The position numbers were made by a program, and so were the translations under genes. Under the pieces are notes generated by a model. That model saw only the letters and a list, made by a program, of their open reading frames with translations, searched no databases and was not told where the DNA came from. Positions 27,090 to 35,916 of a stretch of DNA of 58,179 nt are shown here, in pieces (positions within the stretch are counted from its first letter, which is position 1; every line of letters starts with the position of its first letter). Source of the stretch: Pseudorhodobacter sp. (GTDB lineage: Bacteria > Pseudomonadota > Alphaproteobacteria > Rhodobacterales > Rhodobacteraceae); the NCBI RefSeq assembly GCF_030452865.1, contig NZ_JAKDLJ010000001.1, positions 1 to 58,179 on the forward strand, in the 5' to 3' direction.

Positions 27090-28559
27090 TCAGGCCGAAA
27101 CCGCGAACTCAGTCATCATGCCTGTCGAGAGATGCGGCATGTGATGGCAATGCAGCATCCACCGCGCCGCTTCACCCGCATCCACCGCGACCGTCACCAT
27201 CCCCATCGGCGGCACATGAACGGTGTCACGAACAGCACCCGCGATCCGGTTCTGGCCCACGCCGACCACCTGGAAAGCGTGGCCATGCAGGTGCATGGGA
27301 TGTGCCATCATTGACATGTTGTGGAACATGATCTCGACACGCTCGCCGGTTTTCGCGGTCACCGGGGAATGTTTGCCCCAGGTCTGCCCGTTGATGGTCC
27401 ATACGTAGGGCATCATCGAGCCGCCCAGCATCAACATCGGCTGCGACGATGCCGCGCGCTCCGGCAGCGGGGTGACGGCGCGCAGGGCCGCTTCCTGCGT
27501 CAGATCGGCGCTGAAGGCAGGATGGTCGGCGTCGGACATGTTGGCGACCTTCGTCACCGTGGCCCCCGGGGTGGCAAGGACGAGACCCGTCCGTTCTCTT
27601 GCACCCTCGCGCAGGGCGAGGACCGGGAAGGCCCCGCCTTCGGCTGGAACATTAAGCTCGATGTCAAGCCGTTGGCCCATCGCGATTCCGAAACGGTTGC
27701 CAGGAAGGGGCTGCACCGGCTCTCCGTCCACAGCAACCAGCCGCCCGGTCAGTGCGCCGGTGTCGATCCAGAACACCGTCGCGGCGGCCGCGTTGATCAC
27801 CCGAACAAGGACCTTGCTGCCCTTGTCCACCTGCACGACTTCGGGGTCGTCCAGCGTCCGGTCATTGGCAAGGTAGGCGTCAAAGTTGTAGTCGTTCAGG
27901 TCCATCGCCATGCCGTCCATGCCCGGCATGGCCATCATGTCCCCCTGACCCATTGCGCCCATGTCCATGCCGGCCATGCCGTCCTGACCCATCTGGCTGT
28001 GGTCCATCCCGGCCATGGACGCGCCGCCGGTAATCTCTGCCAGCACCTCCGCAGGCGGCTTGAACGAAAAGTCGTGCAGGAACAGCGTCACGTCCTGCCG
28101 ATCGGCCGCAACATCCTCGGGCCGCCGCACGACCAGGGGGGCGGCCAGCAGCAGCATCTCATGCGCGGGGATATGGGCATGCATCCAGTGCGTGCCCGGG
28201 CGCGCGGCAAAGTCATAGGCGCGGCTTTCGCCGGGTTGCAGCGTGGCCATGGGCATGTCCGGCACGCCGTCTTGAGCGTTTGGCGGGATCTGTCCGTGCC
28301 AGTGGATGATGGTCGGCTCGGTCAGGGTATTCGTCAGATCGACGGCGAATGCCTGACCCGGGTCGAGGACCAATCCAGACCGGCCGTTGCCGTCCATCAG
28401 CCCCCAGACGGTGGCGGCCCTGCCCCGGATATCGAGCGTCCGGGTCGTCGCCGTCAGCGACATACGGGCTGATTGGGCTCGAGCGCGCGCAGGCAGGATA
28501 AGTGAGGCGGCCGTAGCCGCAGAAGCGGCCAGAAAGCCGCGGCGAGAGAACGTGATCAT
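27090..28559 (-). CDS. cutO: Tat-exported three-domain multicopper oxidase (CutO/CueO-like)
   Basis: SRRGFL; HWHG, WMHAH, HPMHLHGH, HCHHMPHLSTGM; Met-rich insert. Confidence 0.88.
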   Translation of the reverse strand: MITFSRRGFLAASAATAASLILPARARAQSARMSLTATTRTLDIRGRAATVWGLMDGNGRSGLVLDPGQAFAVDLTNTLTEPTIIHWHGQIPPNAQDGVPDMPMATLQPGESRAYDFAARPGTHWMHAHIPAHEMLLLAAPLVVRRPEDVAADRQDVTLFLHDFSFKPPAEVLAEITGGASMAGMDHSQMGQDGMAGMDMGAMGQGDMMAMPGMDGMAMDLNDYNFDAYLANDRTLDDPEVVQVDKGSKVLVRVINAAAATVFWIDTGALTGRLVAVDGEPVQPLPGNRFGIAMGQRLDIELNVPAEGGAFPVLALREGARERTGLVLATPGATVTKVANMSDADHPAFSADLTQEAALRAVTPLPERAASSQPMLMLGGSMMPYVWTINGQTWGKHSPVTAKTGERVEIMFHNMSMMAHPMHLHGHAFQVVGVGQNRIAGAVRDTVHVPPMGMVTVAVDAGEAARWMLHCHHMPHLSTGMMTEFAVSA

Positions 28560-28621
28560 GCGAATTCTCCTGTATCGCAACGTGAAAAGACTGAAGGCCC
28601 CGGCGAACCGGAGCTATAGGG

Positions 28622-28978
28622 TCAGATCAGTGTGCGTTTCGGAGGTGGGCCAGGTGGCGGGAGCGCAAGCGATGCAGCCAGCAGGTCATTGTTCAGGTTG
28701 ATTTCAACCGAACGCGCGATGGCGACGACGCCCGGGCTTGGGGCGGGAAGAGCCGCAGCCGCAAAAAGACAATGTTGCTGGCAAAGCAGCCGTTGTGCAT
28801 CGTCAATCGGGCTGCCTGCGGATGACATATGCGCGCCATGGCCAGCCATCGCCATCATCTGCTCATGGTCGGCCTGAGACTGTTGCCGACCTTCGGAGAA
28901 GGCAAGCATTGGCAGGATCGCCGCCAGAAGATAGGCGGCGAGGATCAGTGCACGCATAGGAAACAACGAGCGGGTCAT
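28622..28978 (-). CDS. CutF-like leader peptide
   Basis: Signal peptide, CQQHC, C-terminal PPPGPPPKRTLI*, immediately upstream of cutO. Confidence 0.75.
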   Translation of the reverse strand: MTRSLFPMRALILAAYLLAAILPMLAFSEGRQQSQADHEQMMAMAGHGAHMSSAGSPIDDAQRLLCQQHCLFAAAALPAPSPGVVAIARSVEINLNNDLLAASLALPPPGPPPKRTLI

Positions 28979-29160
28979 GACGTCATGTGTATCAGTGTGG
29001 TCTGGTGCCGTCATCTGACAGTTTGGTGTCTGGGCAATATGGCGATGACATCGACTGCAGCAGAATTGCCGCGTTTTCCCTCGTCTTGACTTGATAGCGC
29101 AGAGTTTACTGGCAACCGAACGCGGGTCGCGAAAACTTCAATGATCTGACGGTACACACC

Positions 29161-29772
29161 ATGAAACGATTGGTCTTCGCCCTTTTCGCAACTCTGTTGC
29201 TGTCCGCCTGCGGCGCCGAACCGATCTGGGCGCCGGATGAAGCCGTGGCCGACGCGCGCTATGAACATGTCGGCCCGACCTCGGTCACGCTCTATACCGT
29301 CCTGTCGACCCGCAGCGGCGCCGGTGCGCACGCCGGGCTTTTGATCAATGGCTCAGAGCGTGTTCTCTTTGACCCGGCGGGAACCTGGCGACATCCGAAG
29401 CTTCCAGAGCGCAACGACGTCCATTTCGGGATCACGCCGAAGATGGTCGACTTCTACATCGACTACCATGCTCGCGAAACTTACGACGTTGTCGAGCAGA
29501 CAATCATGGTTTCACCAGAAGTTGCGGACCTGATCATGGCGCGTGCCAAAGCGTACGGCGCGGTGCCCAAGGCGAACTGCACAATTGCAATATCGCGCGT
29601 ACTGGAAGGCGTTCCCGGCTTCGAAAGCCTGCGAATGACCTGGTTTCCGAAACGGATGATGGAAGGTTTCGCAGATCTGCCGGGCGTTCAGACCCGTCGG
29701 ATTACGGACGATGACGCAGATGAGAATCACGGCGTCCTTCTGGTGCAGGCCGGGGACGCGCGTCTTCGGTAG
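29161..29772 (+). CDS. Putative lipoprotein (possible permuted papain-like His/Cys fold)
   Basis: Lipobox LLSAC; AHAGLLI..FDPAG..ANCT. Confidence 0.7.
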   Translation: MKRLVFALFATLLLSACGAEPIWAPDEAVADARYEHVGPTSVTLYTVLSTRSGAGAHAGLLINGSERVLFDPAGTWRHPKLPERNDVHFGITPKMVDFYIDYHARETYDVVEQTIMVSPEVADLIMARAKAYGAVPKANCTIAISRVLEGVPGFESLRMTWFPKRMMEGFADLPGVQTRRITDDDADENHGVLLVQAGDARLR

Positions 29773-29854
29773 TTTCTTGGTGATCAGGCCTATTGGGAGC
29801 CATACTGCGCTCGCCACGCCCGGCCTTTGGCAGTATTTTGCGGTGACACATAAA

Positions 29855-30334
29855 ATGGGGCTTTTGATGATCCTTGCGCGCCGTACTCTTCTTCTTGCCG
29901 GACCGGCCATCCTTGCCATGAGCACTGTGCCTTTGCTGGCCGAAGGGGACGAACGGATCCATGTGGTGAAGGACCCTGGCTGTCCGTGTTGTAACGCCTG
30001 GATCGGCCACCTACGCGAAAGCGGCTTCAACGTCAGCTTTGAAGAGCGCAGTGTCGAAGACCTCGCGACCTATAAGCGGGAGCGCGGTATCCCGGAGAAC
30101 CTGTCGTCCTGCCACACGGCGACCATCGGCGACTACACCATCGAAGGGCACGTTCCAGCAGCGGATATCCGCAGGTTGATGGCCGAACGCCCCTTGGCAG
30201 TGGGACTTTCCGTTCCGGGCATGCCATTCGGCTCACCGGGAATGGGACCAGAGACAGAGCGTCAGGCTTATGATGTCGTTATGGTCGGTCTGGACGGAAG
30301 CAGTACGGTCTTCACCAGCTATCCGGCGGCGTGA
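29855..30334 (+). CDS. DUF411 (CopG/CutG-like) protein, second copy
   Basis: CPCC..W, SCHT, EGHVPA, PGMPFGSPGM. Confidence 0.88.
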   Translation: MGLLMILARRTLLLAGPAILAMSTVPLLAEGDERIHVVKDPGCPCCNAWIGHLRESGFNVSFEERSVEDLATYKRERGIPENLSSCHTATIGDYTIEGHVPAADIRRLMAERPLAVGLSVPGMPFGSPGMGPETERQAYDVVMVGLDGSSTVFTSYPAA

Positions 30335-30373
30335 GATCCCCACCCGGTGCGCGCCGCGCGAGAGACCATAGGC

Positions 30374-31021
30374 TCATCTTTGCAAGCCGACCTCGGATGC
30401 TTGCCAGGCTTCCAGAAGCACATCCCGCGGCCCCGCTCCGTCAAGCGGTCTGATCGCGACATCCAACCTGCGCGCCGCGTGGTAGGCTGAGGCGGCCAAA
30501 AGACCGGGCTCCTTGCCGTAGGCGAGCCGGTATCGTGTGACGAAACCGTCCATGCGGTCATCACCATTCCAGCCCTCCGCAAGGAGTGCTTGCACCAGAA
30601 CGGTGCTCGCACGGCTGTACTTGCTCGCCGCGTCGTCGGCGGCAGGCTTCGGTCCAAGGACGATGACGACATCAGCCGGCTCGTCTGGTGAGCCAGTCAA
30701 CTTCTGGACAAGTCTGGTGGCTTCGGCCGGAAGCGGAAGAACATGCACGTCAACGCCGCCCAGATGCCCGTCGGAGGTTTCGTTTGGGTGCCCGTCCCGC
30801 TCGTCGGCAGCCAACACGAATCCTCGGACAGCCTCCGCAAGGTCTTGCTCAACATTCTCACTGACGACGAGAATTGCTGCAATGAACGAATGCGCTGCCG
30901 CAATTCCAGACAGAGCGATCCATAGTACCGCCGCGAGGGCCGGGACGGCCGGGATCGTCCTGCGAGCAGGGAAGGCGGTGCAACAGGAGCATTCCGAAGC
31001 GACTCGTTTCGAACCACTCAT
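30374..31021 (-). CDS. Hypothetical exported protein resembling a shortened type I periplasmic binding protein
   Basis: GFVLA..GHLGGVDV and FVTRYRLAYGKEP..AASAYHAA segments; ATGA coupling with dsbA. Confidence 0.55.
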   Translation of the reverse strand: MSGSKRVASECSCCTAFPARRTIPAVPALAAVLWIALSGIAAAHSFIAAILVVSENVEQDLAEAVRGFVLAADERDGHPNETSDGHLGGVDVHVLPLPAEATRLVQKLTGSPDEPADVVIVLGPKPAADDAASKYSRASTVLVQALLAEGWNGDDRMDGFVTRYRLAYGKEPGLLAASAYHAARRLDVAIRPLDGAGPRDVLLEAWQASEVGLQR

Positions 31022-31746
31022 TCTGATGCCCGAACAGAAGCCACGATTTCGGAAAGCTGCGCCTTTTCAACAAAACCGGGGACCAGCTGATCGCCTACGA
31101 CAAAGGATGGCGTCCCGTTGAAACCGAGCGCCTCGGCCAGACGCATCGAGGTTGCAATGTGCTCGTCGATCTCTGGCGCCTGCATGTCTGCCTTGAGTCT
31201 GTCCAAGTCCAAGCCGATTTCGCCGGCGACACGCAGCACCGTGTCGGCTTCTACCTTGCCGCGCATACCCATCAGAGCATTGTGGAGCTCAGCATATTTG
31301 CCCTGCTTCCGGGATGCGAGCGCGGCGCGTGCGGCAAAGGCAGATCCCTCGCTGAGGATTGGCCATTCGCGCATCACCAACCGGATGTTGCCGTCTTCGG
31401 CCAGAAGAGCGTCGACTTCCGGCATGGCGCGCTTGCAGTAGGGGCAGTTGTAGTCAAAGAACTCGACTACCGTGATATCGCCCTTCGGATTGCCTAAAAC
31501 CGGTGCGTTAGGGTCACGTTCCAATGTGTCGCGCTCGTTGGCCAATACTGCGGTTGCGGCGGCTGCCTGCGCTTCCGCCTGCCGCTCTTCGAGGGCCTGG
31601 AGCGCTTCGAGGATCAGTTCGGGGTTTTCGCGCAGGGCCTCGGCGACGAGAGCCTTGATGCGTTCATCCGAGACCTCCTGCGCGAAGGCCGGCATGGCGA
31701 CTTGGAAGCAGAAGACGCTGGCAAGCAGCAGGGATTTCATTCGCAT
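31018..31746 (-). CDS. DsbA family (Com1/ScsC-like) protein
   Basis: EFFDYNCPYCK, GFNGTPSF; signal peptide; N-terminal helical extension. Confidence 0.9.
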   Translation of the reverse strand: MRMKSLLLASVFCFQVAMPAFAQEVSDERIKALVAEALRENPELILEALQALEERQAEAQAAAATAVLANERDTLERDPNAPVLGNPKGDITVVEFFDYNCPYCKRAMPEVDALLAEDGNIRLVMREWPILSEGSAFAARAALASRKQGKYAELHNALMGMRGKVEADTVLRVAGEIGLDLDRLKADMQAPEIDEHIATSMRLAEALGFNGTPSFVVGDQLVPGFVEKAQLSEIVASVRASE

Positions 31747-31781
31747 CGGGCGGACCTTTCATTTCGTAAATTCTTTGAGGG

Positions 31782-31812
31782 TTGATGCTTACTCAAGTAA
31801 CACGAGGGGCAA
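31782..31812 (-). promoter_or_regulatory. Possible MerR-type promoter upstream of dsbA
   Basis: TTGCCC-19 bp-CATCAA with degenerate dyad CTCGTGTTACTTGAG. Confidence 0.45.
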
Positions 31813-31851
31813 GTTCGAACTTGGACCGATAGCCTATCGTTCGGCCAGGCA

Positions 31852-32328
31852 TCATGGGGCGAGGGCCTCGGTGGCGCTGCGCTCTGCTTGCGTGGCGCGG
31901 ATGCCGTCGGGCCAAGTCGATTTGATGTAATCCAGAACAGCTTCGATATCCTTGTCTGTCAGACGGTCGCCGAAAGCCGGCATGCCGGAGGTGAAGGCAA
32001 CGCCCATTTCGTCAAGGACCGCCTGCCCGCCGCGTTTGATGTAGTCGCGCAGCATGATGTCGCCGTGATGCCAAGTGTGGCCGCTCGCGTCATGCGGCGG
32101 GGCGGGATAGGTCCCGTCCTCATTCGCCGACCGCCAGTCGGGATGTCCTTCCAGATCGGCGCCGTGGCACGACGCGCATTCCGCTTCATAGATGGCGCGA
32201 CCTTGTTCGAGATCGGGGCTATTGTGGAAGAACGCGTTCGCTTGCGGTGCAAACAGCAGAAAGATTGCCGCGCGCGCAACAATCGCAGCGCCTCGGAACT
32301 TGCCATTTCTTGGCTTGGTGGCCTTCAT
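31852..32328 (-). CDS. Monoheme cytochrome c
   Basis: CASCHG, PPHD..GHTWHH, GMPAF. Confidence 0.88.
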   Translation of the reverse strand: MKATKPRNGKFRGAAIVARAAIFLLFAPQANAFFHNSPDLEQGRAIYEAECASCHGADLEGHPDWRSANEDGTYPAPPHDASGHTWHHGDIMLRDYIKRGGQAVLDEMGVAFTSGMPAFGDRLTDKDIEAVLDYIKSTWPDGIRATQAERSATEALAP

Positions 32329-34280
32329 GTCCGGCTCACGGTGATCGGTGTCACCCCATCCGGCGGGAGAATTCGTTCGGACAGTTGAGCCAGATCCTCC
32401 CGAATTCGGGCCCGCTGCGCAGTGGGATAGGCATCTTCGGGCGGCAGGCCGCCGTGTTGGGCAAAAAGCATGATGTCGCGCGCGATCGGGGCCGCAGCCG
32501 TTGACCCTCCGCCGCCATGTTCCACAACCACTGTCACGGCATATCGAGGCGCATCAAAGGGGGCGAAGGCCACGAACAGCGCATGGTCCCGCCTGTTCCA
32601 GGGGAGTTCGTCCTGCGACCGGACACCTGCAGCGCGCTCGGCCGCCGTGATCGAAAACACCTGGCTCGAGCCCGTCTTCCCGGCCATGGCTTTGTTCACA
32701 TCCGCGATCCTCGACGCATAGGCCGTCCCACGCTCATGGTTCGAAACCTCGAACATCCCCTGGCGCACGATCGCAAGCGCCTCCGCCGACAGACCAAGTG
32801 AAGCAGGAACAGGCTCACCCGGACCGGCCCCACCGAGCGGGCGCACGAGACGCGGGAGGACTGCCGTTCCTGAGGCCAGGCGCGCGGTCATCGTGGCAAG
32901 CTGAATTGGCGAGGTCAACGTGAAGCCCTGGCCAATGGACGCGTTGATCGTGTCGCCAATCAACCAATCCTGACCGTACCGCTCTTGCTTCCAAGCGCGC
33001 GAGGGATTGTTGCCGTGAACCATTCCCGACAGTGGAAGGTCGTATTTCTGGCCCAATCCGAGACGGTCATTCATCGCAAAGATGCCATCGATCCCGATCC
33101 GTTGCGCAACTTCGTAGAAGTAGACGTCGCAGGACTGCCGCAACGCACCGACCATGTCGACCCGCCCATGGCCGCCGCTTTTCCAGCAATGGAACCTGCG
33201 ACCAGAGATTTCCACGTACCCGTTGCAGGTCACGGTTTCTGCTGGATCCATGACCCCGCTTTCCAGAGCCGCGAGCGCATTCGCCATCTTGATCGTGGAC
33301 CCCGGCGGATAGGCCCCTTGAACGGTCTTGTCGGCAAGCGGGCGAAACTCGCTGTCGCGCAGTCCGCTGTAGTCCTTGCTCGAGATCCCCCGCACGAAGA
33401 GGTTCGGGTCAAATGCAGGGGCAGACGTGCAGCCAAGGAGATCACCGTTCGTGACATCCATTACGATAGCCGCCGCGCTTTGTTCTTCGAGGCGCACACG
33501 CATGAAGTTCTGCAAATGATGATCCAGTGTGATCTGCATGTCCGAGCCGGGGGTCGGCGGATCAAGTGCCAGCTCGCGCATGGTCCTGCCGCCGGCGTTG
33601 ACCTCCACCCGCTGGGCTCCCGGCTCACCGCGCAGCGCGCGCTCGTGAATCCGCTCGATCGCGGTCTTGCCGATCTGGTAGTCCGGCGAGCGCAAAAGCG
33701 GATCTGGTTCCCCGTCCTTGGCTGTGAGATCGCTGTCGCTGACGGGTCCCACATAGCCGACCTGATGGGCAAAGTCCGGCCCGAAGGGGTAGACCCGAGA
33801 CAGGACCATCTCTGGGTGGACACCTGGAAGAGCCGGGGTGTTCAAGGCGATGATTGACAACTCTTCCCAAGTGACCCTGTCCTTCACGGTCACCGGGACA
33901 AAGCCCCGAACGCGGTCAAGTTGCTCCCGAATCCGGTCGATGTCCTCACCCGTCAGACCAAGAAGCCGCTGCAGTTTCGCAAGGACGTCATCGACGTCCC
34001 TGGCCTCCTCCTTCACGAGCGTGATCCGGTAGGTGTGTTCGTTGTCCGCGACGATCTTGCCCGCGCGGTCGAAGATGCGGCCCCGGTCGGGGCGCACCAG
34101 CCGCAAATTGATTCGGTTTTCCTCGGCCAGGAGGTAATACTCCTCAGCATCGCGTACACCCAGTTGCCACATCCGGAAACCAAGCACGCCGACCACCGAG
34201 GTCATCACACCGCCAAGCAACAGCGACCGACGCGTCGTTACCCGTGCGGCCCGAGCGAGATCTCGTTCAGATCGGCGCAT
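32325..34280 (-). CDS. mrdA: Penicillin-binding protein 2 (class B transpeptidase)
   Basis: N-terminal TM, RGRIFDR, PPGSTIK (SxxK), SCD, SIGQG, GKTGSSQ, DHALF. Confidence 0.93.
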   Translation of the reverse strand: MRRSERDLARAARVTTRRSLLLGGVMTSVVGVLGFRMWQLGVRDAEEYYLLAEENRINLRLVRPDRGRIFDRAGKIVADNEHTYRITLVKEEARDVDDVLAKLQRLLGLTGEDIDRIREQLDRVRGFVPVTVKDRVTWEELSIIALNTPALPGVHPEMVLSRVYPFGPDFAHQVGYVGPVSDSDLTAKDGEPDPLLRSPDYQIGKTAIERIHERALRGEPGAQRVEVNAGGRTMRELALDPPTPGSDMQITLDHHLQNFMRVRLEEQSAAAIVMDVTNGDLLGCTSAPAFDPNLFVRGISSKDYSGLRDSEFRPLADKTVQGAYPPGSTIKMANALAALESGVMDPAETVTCNGYVEISGRRFHCWKSGGHGRVDMVGALRQSCDVYFYEVAQRIGIDGIFAMNDRLGLGQKYDLPLSGMVHGNNPSRAWKQERYGQDWLIGDTINASIGQGFTLTSPIQLATMTARLASGTAVLPRLVRPLGGAGPGEPVPASLGLSAEALAIVRQGMFEVSNHERGTAYASRIADVNKAMAGKTGSSQVFSITAAERAAGVRSQDELPWNRRDHALFVAFAPFDAPRYAVTVVVEHGGGGSTAAAPIARDIMLFAQHGGLPPEDAYPTAQRARIREDLAQLSERILPPDGVTPITVSRT

Positions 34281-35010
34281 GCTTGGCCCCCTCGTCCTGA
34301 GACTCCGGCATGCGTCTGCCGCCGATGGTTTTCAGGTAAGCGGCAAGTCGCAGTCCCAGGACCAAGACCACCAGCCCGACGAACCAATACTGCAGGGGGT
34401 TCGGCTCGGGCGTCGCCCGGTGAAAGCTGAGGAAATGCATGAACAGGAAGTAGGCGACATGTGCTACAGACAGCCACCAGAGTGGCAGGACACCCATCTG
34501 CAGGAACTTCCAGCCGGAAACGCCCAGGCGGCGCATCGCGACATCGCTTGAGGTTGTGGCAAGGAGGACCGCGAGGAGCATGGCGGCGATCCCGATCGCA
34601 TTGGCCAGACCAAAGCCATGCTGAAACATGACATAGGTGAGGAGTTCGGGATGCCATTCGAAGCCGAAGAGCCGCATCAGTTCCCATTCGACCCATCCGA
34701 CAAGGATGACCACAGCATGCGCAAGCGCCAGAAGGCAACCGTAGATGCCCGACTCGCGGCGGTAGGGCAGCACCAACACTGCGGGTCTGAGGAGCCGGGC
34801 CAGAGGACCCAGACCCATCGAAAGCGCAACCAGCACCAGCGAGGCGTCGCCAAGTGCCCGGTTCCAGCGGTGCATCGGACTCCACTCGCCATGGATAGCC
34901 GCAAAAATCAGAACGAGGCCAGCAGAGAGGAGGGCCATCAGCCCGTGCCGCAAAAGTACATTCCGGCTTAGCCGTCGGAACATTGGGTCATGGACCGTGA
35001 CTGTCTTCAT
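34267..35010 (-). CDS. Ferric reductase-like (MsrQ-like) heme b membrane protein
   Basis: About 6 TM; RRE.G..ALAH, LATTS, GWKFLQ, VAH. Confidence 0.75.
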   Translation of the reverse strand: MKTVTVHDPMFRRLSRNVLLRHGLMALLSAGLVLIFAAIHGEWSPMHRWNRALGDASLVLVALSMGLGPLARLLRPAVLVLPYRRESGIYGCLLALAHAVVILVGWVEWELMRLFGFEWHPELLTYVMFQHGFGLANAIGIAAMLLAVLLATTSSDVAMRRLGVSGWKFLQMGVLPLWWLSVAHVAYFLFMHFLSFHRATPEPNPLQYWFVGLVVLVLGLRLAAYLKTIGGRRMPESQDEGAKHAPI

Positions 35011-35498
35011 TTCACGTCACCCCGATCAAGGCACCGCAGTCCCTGCACCTCCCTTTCGCCAGTGCGGACAACGCGAAACCGTTGCCACGTGCCAAACGCG
35101 GCGATGCCCATGATGGCGAGCCCGGCAGTCGCAAGCCACGGCCGGAGCGGATCAAACCAGGCAAGAAGCGCGGGTCCACCGAAGACCAGCATGAGCACCT
35201 TGTTGCAGGTTGGGCAGGCAATTCCGAGAAAGCTGGCAAGCCCACCCGTCCCGGAAGCGCGCAAGGTGCACTGAGGGACCCACATCGCCGCTGTCACACC
35301 TCCGAGGAAGGCCGTCAGAACGGTCGCGACGAACTCCCAAGGCCCGACTGGAGTCATCCTGACAAAAAGCGGGTTCGCCCATACGGCAGTGACCGTGCCG
35401 AGGACCACGAACAGGGTGATGCCAACAGCCAGGCCGCGCAGGTTGCGGCGAAGGCTGTCATCATTCAGAAAAGTTGCCGGACTTGGGTTATCGCGCAT
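35007..35498 (-). CDS. Membrane protein with CxxC motif
   Basis: About 4 TM; PQC..GIACPTCNK. Confidence 0.7.
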   Translation of the reverse strand: MRDNPSPATFLNDDSLRRNLRGLAVGITLFVVLGTVTAVWANPLFVRMTPVGPWEFVATVLTAFLGGVTAAMWVPQCTLRASGTGGLASFLGIACPTCNKVLMLVFGGPALLAWFDPLRPWLATAGLAIMGIAAFGTWQRFRVVRTGEREVQGLRCLDRGDVK

Positions 35499-35916
35499 CA
35501 AACTCGACCTCTGCAAACTCTTCACCAAAGCCCACGTTGACGACCCACCGACCGGCCATCGGCAGCTTCACTTTTGCCCGCCAGACGCCTGCCTCGACCA
35601 GCTGAAGCGGCGGCGCTACACCTTCCATGTGCATGTCGACCATCGCAAAGTTCACATCTGGCCGCATGCCGGCAGCTGCGCCGGCGTCGGTATTGGGCAC
35701 GAACTGGATTTCGACCCGAACGTCACGACCACCGAGCGCGTAGACCTGGACGTCCATCCGTCCGTCCGAAAGCGCTTCGGACACTGTGGCTGTCACCGAT
35801 GGATCAGCGGAGATCGTCTCGCGCGGATCGAGGGACCAGACGGTCGTCCAGATGAAGACACCGACGAAGACGGCAACGCCCAGAGCCAGAATGACGGCAA
35901 GCGCTCTAGTTCCCAT
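35488..35916 (-). CDS. Membrane-anchored YtkA/FixH-like protein
   Basis: TM anchor; FAMVDMHM, GVWRA..LPMAGRW. Confidence 0.7.
   Translation of the reverse strand: MGTRALAVILALGVAVFVGVFIWTTVWSLDPRETISADPSVTATVSEALSDGRMDVQVYALGGRDVRVEIQFVPNTDAGAAAGMRPDVNFAMVDMHMEGVAPPLQLVEAGVWRAKVKLPMAGRWVVNVGFGEEFAEVEFDAR

Noticed and set aside
27900-28020. Tandem repeat or CRISPR-like array
   Set aside because: Low-complexity Met/Gly codons of the CutO insert; no repeat-spacer structure seen anywhere in the window
32325-34280. Acquired beta-lactam resistance gene (mecA-like)
   Set aside because: Sequence is an ordinary MrdA-type PBP2; nothing in the sequence shows low drug affinity
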